Assembly: GCA_965197745.1 (NCBI GenBank)
Contig: CBDANS010000007.1
Location: 242,985-306,984 of the forward strand
Length of the DNA: 64,000 nt
Direction: 5' to 3'
Source: Opitutales bacterium
GTDB taxonomy: Bacteria; Verrucomicrobiota; Verrucomicrobiia; Opitutales; PNEW01
Under the pieces are notes generated by a model that had not been told where the DNA came from, did not search any database, and saw only the letters and a program-made list of their open reading frames with translations. Positions 28,246-38,577 of the stretch are shown here, piece after piece. A program made the translations under genes and the position numbers. The first letter of the stretch is position 1; each line of letters begins with the position of its first letter.

Positions 28246-29742
28246 TTATCCTCGAGTCATACGCTCTGCTTTAGCTACGGCACGAAGCATCCCCTTAGCT
28301 TTATTAAGGGTCTCTTCAAACTCACTTTTTGGATGTGAATCGGCAACCAATCCAGCTCCTGATTGGATGTAAAGAGTATCCTCCTTAAGGAGCGCAGTGC
28401 GTATGGCGATACAGGAATCAAGATTTCCATCATAGCTAAAATACCCGAGAGCACCAGCGTATGGCCCACGCTGTTCTCCTTCAAGTTCTTCGATGATCTG
28501 CATGGCACGGATCTTGGGCGCTCCGCTTACGGTACCTGCAGGAAAGGTCGCTCGCATGAGTTCAAAGGCATTATGCTCAGAAGAAAGAAGGCCTTCTACT
28601 TGCGAGACAATATGCATGACATCCGAATAGCGTTCAACGATCATGAACTCAGGGACCTTGACGCTACCGAATTGACAGACTCGCCCGATATCGTTTCGCG
28701 CAAGGTCAACGAGCATAAGATGCTCAGCCCTTTCTTTTTCGTCCGAGAGCATTTCGCGTTCGAAGGCAATATCTTCTTTGTCATTTTTTCCCCGGGGACG
28801 TGTTCCAGCAATGGGACGAACTTCGACCAGACTCCCTGTTAATTTGACATGCACTTCCGGAGAAGCTCCCACAAGGGCGAACTCACTCGTTTCGTAAAGA
28901 AACATATAGGGAGAGGGATTAATAGTGCGCAGGGCGCGATAGAGCACGAGCGGTGATTGAGAAAATTGTCGTTCGAATCGCTGTGAGCCAACGACTTGAA
29001 TGACATCACCTGCGCGAATATACTTTTTACTCCTGGTGACTAAAGCTTCAAATCCCTCTTGCGTGAAGTTTCCCGGCGGAACATCCATAGTACCATTTTC
29101 AATCATAGGTATCGGAGCCAACGTCCGACTCTCCTGTAGGGTATGATAAAGCTCCTCTAGTCCTTTAACCGCTTCTTCATAAGCATTTTCTGGATCATCC
29201 TCGATATGGGCGTTGACAAGTAATCGCAGGGTTTGGCGAGCGCGGTCAAAAATAACTACCTTATCACTTATCATAAAATGAATGACGGGCATTTTAAGTG
29301 GATCTCCGCCAGCGATGGAAACGGTAGGTTCGATACTATGAATATATTCGTAGCCTATGATGCCGACAGCGCCCCCGATAAATGGAGGCATGCCCTCTAA
29401 TTTTACGGGATGATAACGTGACATTTCTTTCTCGACGATAGCCAGCGGGTCCTTGCTCGGAGGGAGAGTCACTGTTTCACCGCCACGTTCGCTCACGACA
29501 ATTTTATGATGATAGGCTTTGATCGTTTTTCGCGGTTGGCATCCGATAAATGAGTAGCGAGCAAGTCGCTCACCACCCTCTATCGACTCTAATAGAAATG
29601 CTGGTCCCGATTGATTCAACTTGAAGTAAGCGGATACTGGTGTTTCAAAATCTACCATTAAATCAGCGTAAACCGGCACCAAATTACCTTCTTTGGCCAG
29701 CTTTTGAAATTCATCCAGGTTGGGAACTATATTTATATTCAT
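28246..29742 (-). CDS. trpE: Anthranilate synthase component I
   Basis: TrpE/chorismate-binding family: ...LVPVYADLMVDFETPVSAYFKL..., GAPKIRAMQIIEELEGEQRGPYAGALGY, IQSGAGLVADS. I prefer ATG 29742 (MNINIVPNLDEFQKLAKEGN) over the track start at 29787. Confidence 0.92.
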   Translation of the reverse strand: MNINIVPNLDEFQKLAKEGNLVPVYADLMVDFETPVSAYFKLNQSGPAFLLESIEGGERLARYSFIGCQPRKTIKAYHHKIVVSERGGETVTLPPSKDPLAIVEKEMSRYHPVKLEGMPPFIGGAVGIIGYEYIHSIEPTVSIAGGDPLKMPVIHFMISDKVVIFDRARQTLRLLVNAHIEDDPENAYEEAVKGLEELYHTLQESRTLAPIPMIENGTMDVPPGNFTQEGFEALVTRSKKYIRAGDVIQVVGSQRFERQFSQSPLVLYRALRTINPSPYMFLYETSEFALVGASPEVHVKLTGSLVEVRPIAGTRPRGKNDKEDIAFEREMLSDEKERAEHLMLVDLARNDIGRVCQFGSVKVPEFMIVERYSDVMHIVSQVEGLLSSEHNAFELMRATFPAGTVSGAPKIRAMQIIEELEGEQRGPYAGALGYFSYDGNLDSCIAIRTALLKEDTLYIQSGAGLVADSHPKSEFEETLNKAKGMLRAVAKAERMTRG

Positions 29743-30015
29743 CCGATTAAACTTATGAGAAGCTGTTGATTTTGCGTCAGGGAACAAGCATATTTCTGAC
29801 CTATAGCTTTACCCTTGACTTTTCAATAGCCTTTAAAATCAATCAGGTTAGCGTCTGCTTTTTTAACCTTTAAACATATCAATACCTTGTAGCAATATTA
29901 GGATTAAGCCTCACCTTTCAGTTTACCATTAAACAAAGGTGGATACGCCAGCTTTTGAATAACAGTGCTAATCAAATATATTTAACCCACTATCTAATCG
30001 AAAATAGAAATCAAC

Positions 30016-31332
30016 ATGAAAAGTTCTCTCCTCCCCATATCCACACGGTTTATGTTCAAGTTTTTTATAATTGTTGCCCTTTTTCCTGCAACACTGCTGG
30101 CCGGTGAACATGACGTTTTGAACAATGGTGACACTGCATGGATGCTCACAGCCACGGTACTCGTTCTCTTCATGACTATACCGGGACTCTCTCTCTTTTA
30201 CGGTGGTTTGGTACGCAATAAAAACGTCCTCTCCGTGCTGATGCAATGCTTTGCCACCGTTGGTTTAATAACGGTCCTCTGGATTCTATACGGGTACAGC
30301 CTGGCATTTACCGATGGTGGTGGCTTGCACAAGTTCGTCGGTGGATTTTCCAAGGCCTTTTTAAGCGGCCTTACCGTTGATACGGTTAGTGGCACCATCC
30401 CGGAAACTGTATTTCTTACATTCCAACTGACTTTTGCCATTATTACACCTGCCCTTATCGTTGGAGCATTCGCCGAGCGCATGAAATTCAGTGCGATGCT
30501 ATGGTTTAGCGCTATCTGGTTTACGCTGTCCTATTTACCGGTTTGCCATATGGCCTGGGGCGGGGGCATATTAGGTGATTGGGGGGTGCTGGATTTTGCC
30601 GGTGGTACCGTTGTTCATATAAACGCCGGAATTGCTGGATTGGTGGCCTGTGTCATGGTTGGCAAGCGTCAAGGGTTTCCCCAACAGCCCATGAAGCCCC
30701 ATAGTCTGCCCTTAACCGTGATTGGGGCCTCTATGCTTTGGGTTGGCTGGTTCGGGTTCAATGCCGGAAGCCAATTGGCGGCCGATGGCGTCGCGGGGAT
30801 GGCGATGCTTGTCACCCAGGTGGCTACTGCTACTGCAGCCCTGACCTGGATGTTCATCGAGTGGATTCGGCATGGTAAACCAAGCGTCCTCGGTATTGCT
30901 ACCGGTGCGGTTGGTGGTCTAGTAGCTATCACGCCGGCATCGGGATCTGCTGGTCCCATGGGAGCGCTGCTTATCGGGTTTGCCGCAGGATTATTTTGCT
31001 ATATCTTCTCAACTTCTGTGAAGAAAAAATTCGGCTACGACGATAGTCTGGATGTATTCGGCGTCCACGGAATAGGAGGGATTGTCGGTGCTCTCTTGAC
31101 GGGATTGTGCGCGGCGGAGTTTATGGGAGGATCAGGAATGGCACACGAGACGCTTGGCCTTCAGCTCTGGAATCAATTACGGGGAGTCATCTTAACCATA
31201 GTCTGGTGTGGGGTGGTCTCCATAGTATCCCTATTAGTGATCGATAAAATTATCGGATTGCGTGTCACGGATGAGGAGGAAGTCATTGGGTTGGATATCA
31301 GTCAACACGATGAACAAGGCTACGAGATTTAA
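30016..31332 (+). CDS. amt: Ammonium transporter (Amt family)
   Basis: 438 aa. Signal-like N-terminus, DFAGGTVVHINAGIAGLV, and the twin-His region LDVFGVHGIGGIVGAL. Confidence 0.95.
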   Translation: MKSSLLPISTRFMFKFFIIVALFPATLLAGEHDVLNNGDTAWMLTATVLVLFMTIPGLSLFYGGLVRNKNVLSVLMQCFATVGLITVLWILYGYSLAFTDGGGLHKFVGGFSKAFLSGLTVDTVSGTIPETVFLTFQLTFAIITPALIVGAFAERMKFSAMLWFSAIWFTLSYLPVCHMAWGGGILGDWGVLDFAGGTVVHINAGIAGLVACVMVGKRQGFPQQPMKPHSLPLTVIGASMLWVGWFGFNAGSQLAADGVAGMAMLVTQVATATAALTWMFIEWIRHGKPSVLGIATGAVGGLVAITPASGSAGPMGALLIGFAAGLFCYIFSTSVKKKFGYDDSLDVFGVHGIGGIVGALLTGLCAAEFMGGSGMAHETLGLQLWNQLRGVILTIVWCGVVSIVSLLVIDKIIGLRVTDEEEVIGLDISQHDEQGYEI

Positions 31333-31380
31333 TCAGTAGCAATTAATCGAACCAACGGCGCAGATTTACAATTCTGAGTA

Positions 31381-31416
31381 CGACACGCTCTATTACAGGT
31401 GTCGGGTGTTTATTAT
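31381..31416 (+). terminator. Candidate intrinsic terminator after amt
   Basis: cgacac (31381-31386) pairs with gtcgtg-type arm gtgtcg (31399-31404) across a 12-nt loop, followed by ggtgtttattatt. The stem is weak and the loop long. Confidence 0.3.
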
Positions 31417-31578
31417 TGAGATGGCGTAGTTCTATTTTAAATTCACAGAACATACCCGGTAGCTCCGCTTTAATCCGCACTGTTTCTCATCTCTATTGTG
31501 CTTAGGGAGTTAATCCCGCAAAAAAGGATAATTGGGTTGGAATTTAAGTCTTATTGAAGCATATTACTGAAGAGGGCG

Positions 31579-32862
31579 ATGAAATCGAAGGTTATATCCG
31601 TCATAATGGGTGGAGGTAGAGGCAAGCGACTACACCCGTTGACCAAAATGCGATGTAAACCCGCAGTCCCTCTGGGTGGGAAATACCGACTGGTAGATAT
31701 TCCTATCAGCAACTGCCTGAATTCCGGACTCAATCAGATTTATGTTCTCACTCAGTTTAATACCGCTTCACTTCACCGGCATATTCAGGAATCCTATAAC
31801 TTTGATCCCTTTGGCGGAGGATTTGTTGACATTCTATCAGCAGAGCAGACTGAAGCAGGAGAAAGCTGGTATCAGGGAACTGCCGATGCGGTACGTCAGA
31901 ATATGCACCATTTTAATGCGAAAAATAATGATCTTTTCCTGATTCTCTCGGGTGACCAACTCTATCGCATGGATTTCAACGCGATCATTGATCAACACCG
32001 AAAAACCCAAGCCGATGTCACCATTGCGGCAAAAGCAATCCCCCTATCTCATATCGAGGGGTTGGGGCTCATGCACGTGGAAGATGATCTGGAGATCAAG
32101 GAATTTGTAGAAAAACCTAACGATGCCAAAACGATTGAGGGACTTCAACTCAGTGATAAACTAATGAAAGGGATTAACCATGATGAAGGTGGAAAATACT
32201 GCCTGGCATCCATGGGCATTTATGTTTTTAACGATGAAACCCTTCGTGATTCGCTTAACCATATAACTTCTGCTGATTTTGGCCGTGAAATTATACCGCA
32301 ATTATTAGGTAAAGTCCGGCTTTATAGTTATATCTTTGATGACTACTGGGAAGATATTGGAAGTGTTCGCGCTTTCTTTGAAGCCAATCTTCGCCTCACT
32401 GACCCGCTACCGCCTTTCAACTTTTTCGATCAGGACCGCGTTATTTACACCCATCCCCGTTACCTGCCCGCAAGCAAAATCAATAATGCGTCAATTGAAA
32501 ATTCTATCATTGCCGATGGGTGTATTATTTCCGGAGCCACCCTAAAACGCAGTGTAATCGGTGTGCGTTCGGCCATCGAGAATGGCACCCGTTTGGAAAA
32601 TGTGGTGATGATGGGGCAAGATCATTTTGAAAATCTCGACGAACTTGATCACGATCTGGATTTTAATATTCCACAAATTGGAATTGGCAAAAATTGTTGC
32701 ATCAAAGATGCGATCATCGATAAAAATGCGCGCATTGGTGATAACGTGAAAATATCACCGGAAGATAAACCTGATAATTATGAGAATGGTGACATTGTGG
32801 TACGCGATGGTGTTCTTATTGTTACTAAAAATGCAATTGTCCCTGAAAACACCGAAATTTAA
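31579..32862 (+). CDS. glgC: Glucose-1-phosphate adenylyltransferase
   Basis: VIMGGGRGKRLHPLTKMRCKPAVPLGGKYRLVDIPISNCLNSG, plus a C-terminal left-handed beta-helix region. Confidence 0.93.
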   Translation: MKSKVISVIMGGGRGKRLHPLTKMRCKPAVPLGGKYRLVDIPISNCLNSGLNQIYVLTQFNTASLHRHIQESYNFDPFGGGFVDILSAEQTEAGESWYQGTADAVRQNMHHFNAKNNDLFLILSGDQLYRMDFNAIIDQHRKTQADVTIAAKAIPLSHIEGLGLMHVEDDLEIKEFVEKPNDAKTIEGLQLSDKLMKGINHDEGGKYCLASMGIYVFNDETLRDSLNHITSADFGREIIPQLLGKVRLYSYIFDDYWEDIGSVRAFFEANLRLTDPLPPFNFFDQDRVIYTHPRYLPASKINNASIENSIIADGCIISGATLKRSVIGVRSAIENGTRLENVVMMGQDHFENLDELDHDLDFNIPQIGIGKNCCIKDAIIDKNARIGDNVKISPEDKPDNYENGDIVVRDGVLIVTKNAIVPENTEI

Positions 32863-32912
32863 CCGTTACACCGGTCTGAAAAAGTGATCAAAACTCTCTA
32901 TGAGCAGACAGC

Positions 32913-33776
32913 ATGACTACAGAAAAAGCCATAAATAAACTCCTTGTATGCACCGACGGTTCTGACTATTCGCAAGTATGTTGCCAATACGCCGCATGGT
33001 TATCGGGCCGCACCGGGGCATCTATTGACTTGCTCTACCTCACAGATTTGCGGCAATTTGAAGTGCCTCTTGTTGCCGACCTTAGTGGAAGCCTCGGTAT
33101 CCAACCCTACCAGGATATGCTTACGCATCTTCAGGAATTAGAGAAACACAAGGCCGAAGTGATCGATAAAAATGCCCGTGATGTTTTCGCCAAGCATGAG
33201 TTAAAAAATTCAATTAAATTCAATCACCATACGGGTCTGCTCGTCGATTGCCTGGAAGATTACGAGAAGGACGTTGACCTCGTCCTGCTTGGAAAGCGTG
33301 GAGAAAATGCTGATTTTGCCACCGGGCACCTGGGTTCAAACATGGAACGTGTCATTCGCGCCAGTAAAAAACCTACGCTCACCACATCACGAAAATTCAG
33401 ACCTATTAATAAAATACTTCTCGCTTACGATGGGGGACCCAGCTGTCATGACGCACTTCAGTTTCTCTATGATAATGCAGCCTTTAATGACCTGGAACTA
33501 CATATTGTCACGGTATCTGAAAGCGAGGATGATAAAATAGCTTTTGAAAACCTTGAGCAGGCCAAGTCAGTTAATTATGAAGGTAAGGGTAAAACGGTTT
33601 TTCAATTACTTAATGGTAATGTGGAAGATCAAATTATCCGCTATGTTGATAATGAAGAGATCGACCTCCTGGTGATGGGAGTTTACGGGCACAGTCGCAT
33701 CCGCTACTTATTGATTGGCAGCACAACCACCACGATGATTCGCGCCTGTCGTATCCCCGTGCTTTGCTTCCGGTAA
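32913..33776 (+). CDS. Universal stress protein, tandem UspA domains
   Basis: 287 aa with two Usp halves. The second ends in the ATP-binding-type motif DLLVMGVYGHSRIRYLLIGSTTTTMIRACRIPVL. Confidence 0.8.
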   Translation: MTTEKAINKLLVCTDGSDYSQVCCQYAAWLSGRTGASIDLLYLTDLRQFEVPLVADLSGSLGIQPYQDMLTHLQELEKHKAEVIDKNARDVFAKHELKNSIKFNHHTGLLVDCLEDYEKDVDLVLLGKRGENADFATGHLGSNMERVIRASKKPTLTTSRKFRPINKILLAYDGGPSCHDALQFLYDNAAFNDLELHIVTVSESEDDKIAFENLEQAKSVNYEGKGKTVFQLLNGNVEDQIIRYVDNEEIDLLVMGVYGHSRIRYLLIGSTTTTMIRACRIPVLCFR

Positions 33777-33933
33777 ATTGGCTATCTATAAACACATGTT
33801 GCGCGCATACCGTTAATGTTTAGAACGCTATACATTGCATTGAGATAATCAGTAGGATAGCTTACCGGTTATCCGTTTATTCGGATTTAATTCATCAGTG
33901 TAAAATTGTGTTTTACTAGTGGTTTAAAAACCC

Positions 33934-34992
33934 ATGCGGAAGATCATCCATATCGACATGGATTGCTTTTATGCGGCAATTGAGATCCGCGATCAGCCCG
34001 ATCTTGCCAGGAAAGCAGTAGCAGTAGGCGGTACCTCGGGACGGGGCGTCCTTACTACCTGCAACTATGAAGCGAGGAAATTCGGGTGCCACTCTGCCAT
34101 GCCCACTTTTAAAGCTCTACAACTTTGTCCGGACCTGATAATTCTCCCTCCAAATTTCTCGCTTTATCAGAGTGAGTCTCGTCGTATTCGCAAAATTCTT
34201 TTAAGTTATACACCGAAGGTTGAACCGCTCTCGCTCGATGAGGCCTTTCTTGATGTATCAGCTCTGCGGCGTTCAGGAGGGGAAATTGCCTCGGATTTGA
34301 GGAGAGAGATATATGAAACGACAAATCTTACCGCATCTTCAGGAATTGCACCCAATAAGCTATTGGCTAAAATCGCCAGTGATTGGCATAAGCCAAACGG
34401 TCAATTCGAAATAAAGTCAGAAGCGATTCCTGATTTTATGAAGACCCTTTCTGTTAACAAAATCTGGGGAGTAGGTCCGAAAAGCGTCGAAAAATTGAAT
34501 GAGATTGGCGTAAAGAATTGCGGTCAATTGCAGGGCTTAACGGTACTTGAGCTGGAGCGATTATTCGGTAAATTCGGCGATGAGCTCTATCACCTCTGTC
34601 GCGGGAAAGATGATCGGATAGTAGAACCTCATCGTGTGCGGAAATCAATGAGCAACGAGCGTACTTTCAGGGTCGACCTGGACTCCCTCGCTGAATGCGA
34701 ACATGAACTCGCAAAATTGCACCTGGAATTACGGAAGGAATTAGAGATGAACGCTTCTCATCGAGAGATAAATAAACTGTTTGTTAAATTAAAATTTTCA
34801 GATTTCAAGCGAACTACGGTGGAATGTCCGGGGACCCATCCGGATTTAGAGGTCTTCAAAACATTACTTGAGGAAGCCTATGGGCGAAGCCTTTTAAACG
34901 TACGTCTGATTGGAGCGGGAGTAAGGTTTCGTGATATTGAGAAGAGCCGTTGGTCGCAACTGGATCTCGCCCTCATTGAGGGCGTGGACTAA
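33934..34992 (+). CDS. dinB: DNA polymerase IV (Y-family)
   Basis: KIIHIDMDCFYAAIEIRDQPDL, SLDEAFLDV, and an HhH region KIWGVGPKSVEKL. Confidence 0.95.
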   Translation: MRKIIHIDMDCFYAAIEIRDQPDLARKAVAVGGTSGRGVLTTCNYEARKFGCHSAMPTFKALQLCPDLIILPPNFSLYQSESRRIRKILLSYTPKVEPLSLDEAFLDVSALRRSGGEIASDLRREIYETTNLTASSGIAPNKLLAKIASDWHKPNGQFEIKSEAIPDFMKTLSVNKIWGVGPKSVEKLNEIGVKNCGQLQGLTVLELERLFGKFGDELYHLCRGKDDRIVEPHRVRKSMSNERTFRVDLDSLAECEHELAKLHLELRKELEMNASHREINKLFVKLKFSDFKRTTVECPGTHPDLEVFKTLLEEAYGRSLLNVRLIGAGVRFRDIEKSRWSQLDLALIEGVD

Positions 34993-35077
34993 TCCCTGTA
35001 AACCAGGCAATTTCTCAAAGTAACGAAAAGAATGATGCTTGACCCATTCAGGGAAAAAACCAACTTTTAGCGCTCTT

Positions 35078-36589
35078 ATGTCAGAGCAGGTTGTCTCTTC
35101 AGTAAACATGGATACCCTCGTCGGCCTGTGCAAGCGTCGCGGATTTATTTATCAATCTTCCGAAATCTTTGGGGGTATTAATGGGTTTTTTGACTATGCC
35201 CCGCTGGGGGTTGAAATGCGTCGAAATATCAAAGAAGCGTGGTGGCGTGATATGGTCCACCGTCGCGAGGATATCGTAGGTATTGACGCATCCATAATCA
35301 TGCACCCTGACGTCTGGAAAGCATCGGGCCATCTCGAAAATTTCACGGACCCGATGGTCGACTGTAAAGAGTCAAAAATGCGCTACCGTGCCGATCATTT
35401 ATATTATGCATCCGTTATCGTCGATGGTGAATTGATCGGTTATATCTCGGTTCTGGAATCACCGGATATAGAGGATAAGGCAAAAGAGCAAGCTGAGGCT
35501 TTGAAGCGAAAATTGGCGAAACAAGGTAAGCTACAGGCGATTGAGCTGAAAGAATACATGGAGGCGGGAGAGGATGAGTGTAGTCTCATTCCATCACCCG
35601 CTACGGGTCAACCGGGTTCATTAACTCCGCCACGCAATTTTAATCTCATGTTTCAGACCTATGTAGGAGCCTTGCGCGATGAGTCATCTCTTGCCTACCT
35701 GCGACCAGAGACTGCTCAAGGTATTTTCACAAATTTTAAAAATGTTGTTGATACGGGGCGGGTAAAAATACCCTTTGGGATCGCGCAGATCGGTAAGGCT
35801 TTCCGCAATGAAATCACGCCGCGTAATTTTATTTTTCGCTCCCGCGAATTTGAAGCTATGGAGATTGAATATTTCATTCCCCCTGATGATGATATCTGGC
35901 CGAAGTATCATCGTGATTGGATCGATACCCGGTTAGATTGGTTCGAGAGTATCGGAATAAGTCGTGATTTGCTTGGAGAAGATATTCACCCGAAAGAAAA
36001 ACTGTCTCATTACTCTAGAGCTACGACGGACATTACTTTTCATTATCCTTTTGGCGTGCAAGAGCTCGAGGGAATTTCTGCTCGCGGTGACTATGATCTG
36101 CGCCAGCATCAGGAACACTCCGGGAAATCGATGGAATACTTCGATGAGGCGCGTAAGGAACGCTACCTACCCCATGTTATAGAACCGGCCCTTGGTGTGG
36201 ATCGCACCTTTCTTGCCGTCTTATGCGCGGCTTATAAAGAAGACGAAATCGACGGTGACAAACGCGTTGTCCTGCGGTTTCATCCGCGGATAGCCCCGAT
36301 TAAGGCAGCGGTGTTTCCACTTGTTAAAAACAAACCCGATCTTGTTAAGAAGGCGCGTGAAATATTCAAGCGTCTCCAACTTCGCTGGAATGTATTTTAT
36401 GACGAATCAGGCGCAATTGGCCGCCGTTACCGTCGTATGGATGAGATCGGCACACCCTTTGGGATAACTATCGATTTTGATACCCTTGAAGACGGCACTA
36501 TTACCCTTCGCGATCGCGATACCACAAAACAGGCGCGTTTAAATGAGAATGAACTCATGGCCCACCTGAGTGAAAAAATAGAGGGTTGA
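35078..36589 (+). CDS. glyQS: Glycine--tRNA ligase (homodimeric GlyQS type)
   Basis: [23 protein letters not shown]...[10 protein letters not shown] and [25 protein letters not shown] (class II motif 2). I prefer ATG 35078 over the track's TTG at 35039. Confidence 0.93.
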   Translation: MSEQVVSSVNMDTLVGLCKRRGFIYQSSEIFGGINGFFDYAPLGVEMRRNIKEAWWRDMVHRREDIVGIDASIIMHPDVWKASGHLENFTDPMVDCKESKMRYRADHLYYASVIVDGELIGYISVLESPDIEDKAKEQAEALKRKLAKQGKLQAIELKEYMEAGEDECSLIPSPATGQPGSLTPPRNFNLMFQTYVGALRDESSLAYLRPETAQGIFTNFKNVVDTGRVKIPFGIAQIGKAFRNEITPRNFIFRSREFEAMEIEYFIPPDDDIWPKYHRDWIDTRLDWFESIGISRDLLGEDIHPKEKLSHYSRATTDITFHYPFGVQELEGISARGDYDLRQHQEHSGKSMEYFDEARKERYLPHVIEPALGVDRTFLAVLCAAYKEDEIDGDKRVVLRFHPRIAPIKAAVFPLVKNKPDLVKKAREIFKRLQLRWNVFYDESGAIGRRYRRMDEIGTPFGITIDFDTLEDGTITLRDRDTTKQARLNENELMAHLSEKIEG

Positions 36590-36734
36590 AGTTTAGCTTG
36601 TTGTAAGCTTTGTCGAGTGCTTCAAATTAGTCTGAGATGGATTACTTTAATGGGGTATATTTTTTTCACGCCATCCAGAATTAGAGGTTCCTTGACTAAT
36701 ATACCGAGTCGGTTTTTAATTATGCGCTATACTG

Positions 36735-37532
36735 ATGCAGAAACTCACTACCAGGCGACATACGGATTATTTTGAATATCATACACTGTCTGATGAGCAA
36801 TTGCATTTCTATAATGAGAATGGTTATCTCCTGCTAGGGCGCACCCTTACCGATAAGGGCGTTGAACTGATGCTTGAACAGAGCATGCAGGCATGGGCCG
36901 CCGAAAAAGGTGAATATGATCCTGAAAAAAACTGGCTCCAGAATGCATTGCTTACGAATATCCATCACAAGTCACCACTCGTCAGGAACTATTATTTTGA
37001 AGGTCCTCTCGTAGATGTTGCTGAACAGATTATCGGCCCTAATATTAAAGGAGTTACTACTCAACTTACATTTAAAATGCGCGGTAATACGAAACCATTT
37101 AACTGGCATCAGGATAACGGATACGGCGAACTTGAACCTTACAACGCTATCTCCTGTTTAACAGCATTGGAAGACAATGACGAGAATAGCGGGTGCATCA
37201 GGATAATCCCTGGCAGTCATAAGGACGGACAGAGAAAAGTGGTGCATTCCAGCGAGGACAAAGATCAACGGAAAGATATCAAACTCGAAGTCGATGAGTC
37301 AAAAGCAGTTCCTTCCCCCTTGAAAGCAGGGGAGTGTCTTTTTTTCAATTGTTGGATGCTCCATCAGTCAAAGGGTAATTTTTCCAAGGATCGTGATCGT
37401 CGTATTCTCTTCATGCGGTATGCCGATGCCGACGCTATTGAAGTCTATAACGATGGTAAACCACGTCTCGGGCGTTTAGTAAGAGGCCAAACCCGCTTTC
37501 CCGAAGTCGCTTCATTTGAAACGGACCTTTAA
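36735..37532 (+). CDS. Phytanoyl-CoA dioxygenase (PhyH) family Fe(II)/2-oxoglutarate oxygenase
   Basis: 265 aa. N-terminal LSDEQLHFYNENGYLLL, an HxD facial-triad motif (WHQDNGY), and a distal His (MLHQS). Confidence 0.75.
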   Translation: MQKLTTRRHTDYFEYHTLSDEQLHFYNENGYLLLGRTLTDKGVELMLEQSMQAWAAEKGEYDPEKNWLQNALLTNIHHKSPLVRNYYFEGPLVDVAEQIIGPNIKGVTTQLTFKMRGNTKPFNWHQDNGYGELEPYNAISCLTALEDNDENSGCIRIIPGSHKDGQRKVVHSSEDKDQRKDIKLEVDESKAVPSPLKAGECLFFNCWMLHQSKGNFSKDRDRRILFMRYADADAIEVYNDGKPRLGRLVRGQTRFPEVASFETDL

Positions 37533-37596
37533 GTCAGAATTGCATTACCTTATGGTTAGCGGAGCTGCCATTATCGTAACACGGATAGCGCTCAAT

Positions 37597-38550
37597 TTAA
37601 TATTCTATATTACCGTGAATCTCATCATGGTACCAATTAACCATGCGCTCAAGACCCACTCTCGGAGATATCTTCGGGTTATAATCTAAAAGCTTGCGTG
37701 CTTTGCTGATATCAGCGCAGGTGGCAATCTGGTCGCCCGGACGTTGGGGTTGTTTTTTGATTATTACCTTTCTGCCCATTATAGCTTCAATCGTGCTTAT
37801 CCCTTCACCTGTGCTTATCGAGGCATCGTTCCCGAGATTAAATATTTCACCCACTGCTGAATCCCACTTTTCAAGCACCGCAACCATGCCATCAATAATA
37901 TCACTTATGTAGGTATAGCTGCGCTCGTGATCCATGCTTCCTTCAAAGAGTGGAAATTCAGTGTTAGTAGCAATGGCCTTGATAAGTTTCGGATAAAGTT
38001 TATCGGGGCGCTCTCTTTCACCGTATACAGAGTAGAGTCGTAGCGAACAGGCGGGTAATTTTGATATATGCTGGCGAGCGAAAACAAGCTGTTCAGCAGC
38101 CAGCTTGGTTACCCCATATAAGGAAGCAGGTTTGGGAGCAGTCTCTTCATTCTTCCTGGCATACACACCATAAACCGATGATGTCGAAATATTGATAAAA
38201 GCCTTTAACGCCGGTGCGTTGTTCAAGCCTTCAAGGAGCTGTTGTGTCGCGAGGATATTGTTACGGAAGTATGACTCAAATGAAGTACTCGCATTGTTAC
38301 CCGGTTGTGCTGCGAGATGAAAGACCCCTTCGATATCTTTCAGCTGTGAAGTTATATCATCTGAATAGAGATCCGTGACACTCATTTCAATTCCCCCATC
38401 AGAAAGTTTTTTAAAATTATTTTTTTTCAACTTCGGTGAATAATAATTGTCCAGTGAATCAATACCCGAGACATCATGCCCCTCATGTTTTAATCTTTCT
38501 GCGAGGTGTGAGCCGATAAATCCAGCTGCTCCGGTAACTAATAGCTTCAT
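37597..38550 (-). CDS. NAD-dependent epimerase/dehydratase (UDP-glucuronate 4-epimerase-like SDR)
   Basis: MKLLVTGAAGFIGSHLAERL, IDSLDNYYSPKLK, and YGVTKLAAE (YxxxK). Confidence 0.8.
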   Translation of the reverse strand: MKLLVTGAAGFIGSHLAERLKHEGHDVSGIDSLDNYYSPKLKKNNFKKLSDGGIEMSVTDLYSDDITSQLKDIEGVFHLAAQPGNNASTSFESYFRNNILATQQLLEGLNNAPALKAFINISTSSVYGVYARKNEETAPKPASLYGVTKLAAEQLVFARQHISKLPACSLRLYSVYGERERPDKLYPKLIKAIATNTEFPLFEGSMDHERSYTYISDIIDGMVAVLEKWDSAVGEIFNLGNDASISTGEGISTIEAIMGRKVIIKKQPQRPGDQIATCADISKARKLLDYNPKISPRVGLERMVNWYHDEIHGNIEY

Positions 38551-38577
38551 AATCAGGTTGGAAAAATGTATTTCTCT

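Noticed and set aside
30016-31578. An expected glnK/PII gene downstream of amt.
   Set aside because: No ORF with PII features lies between amt and glgC. The absence is not unusual enough to report as a finding.
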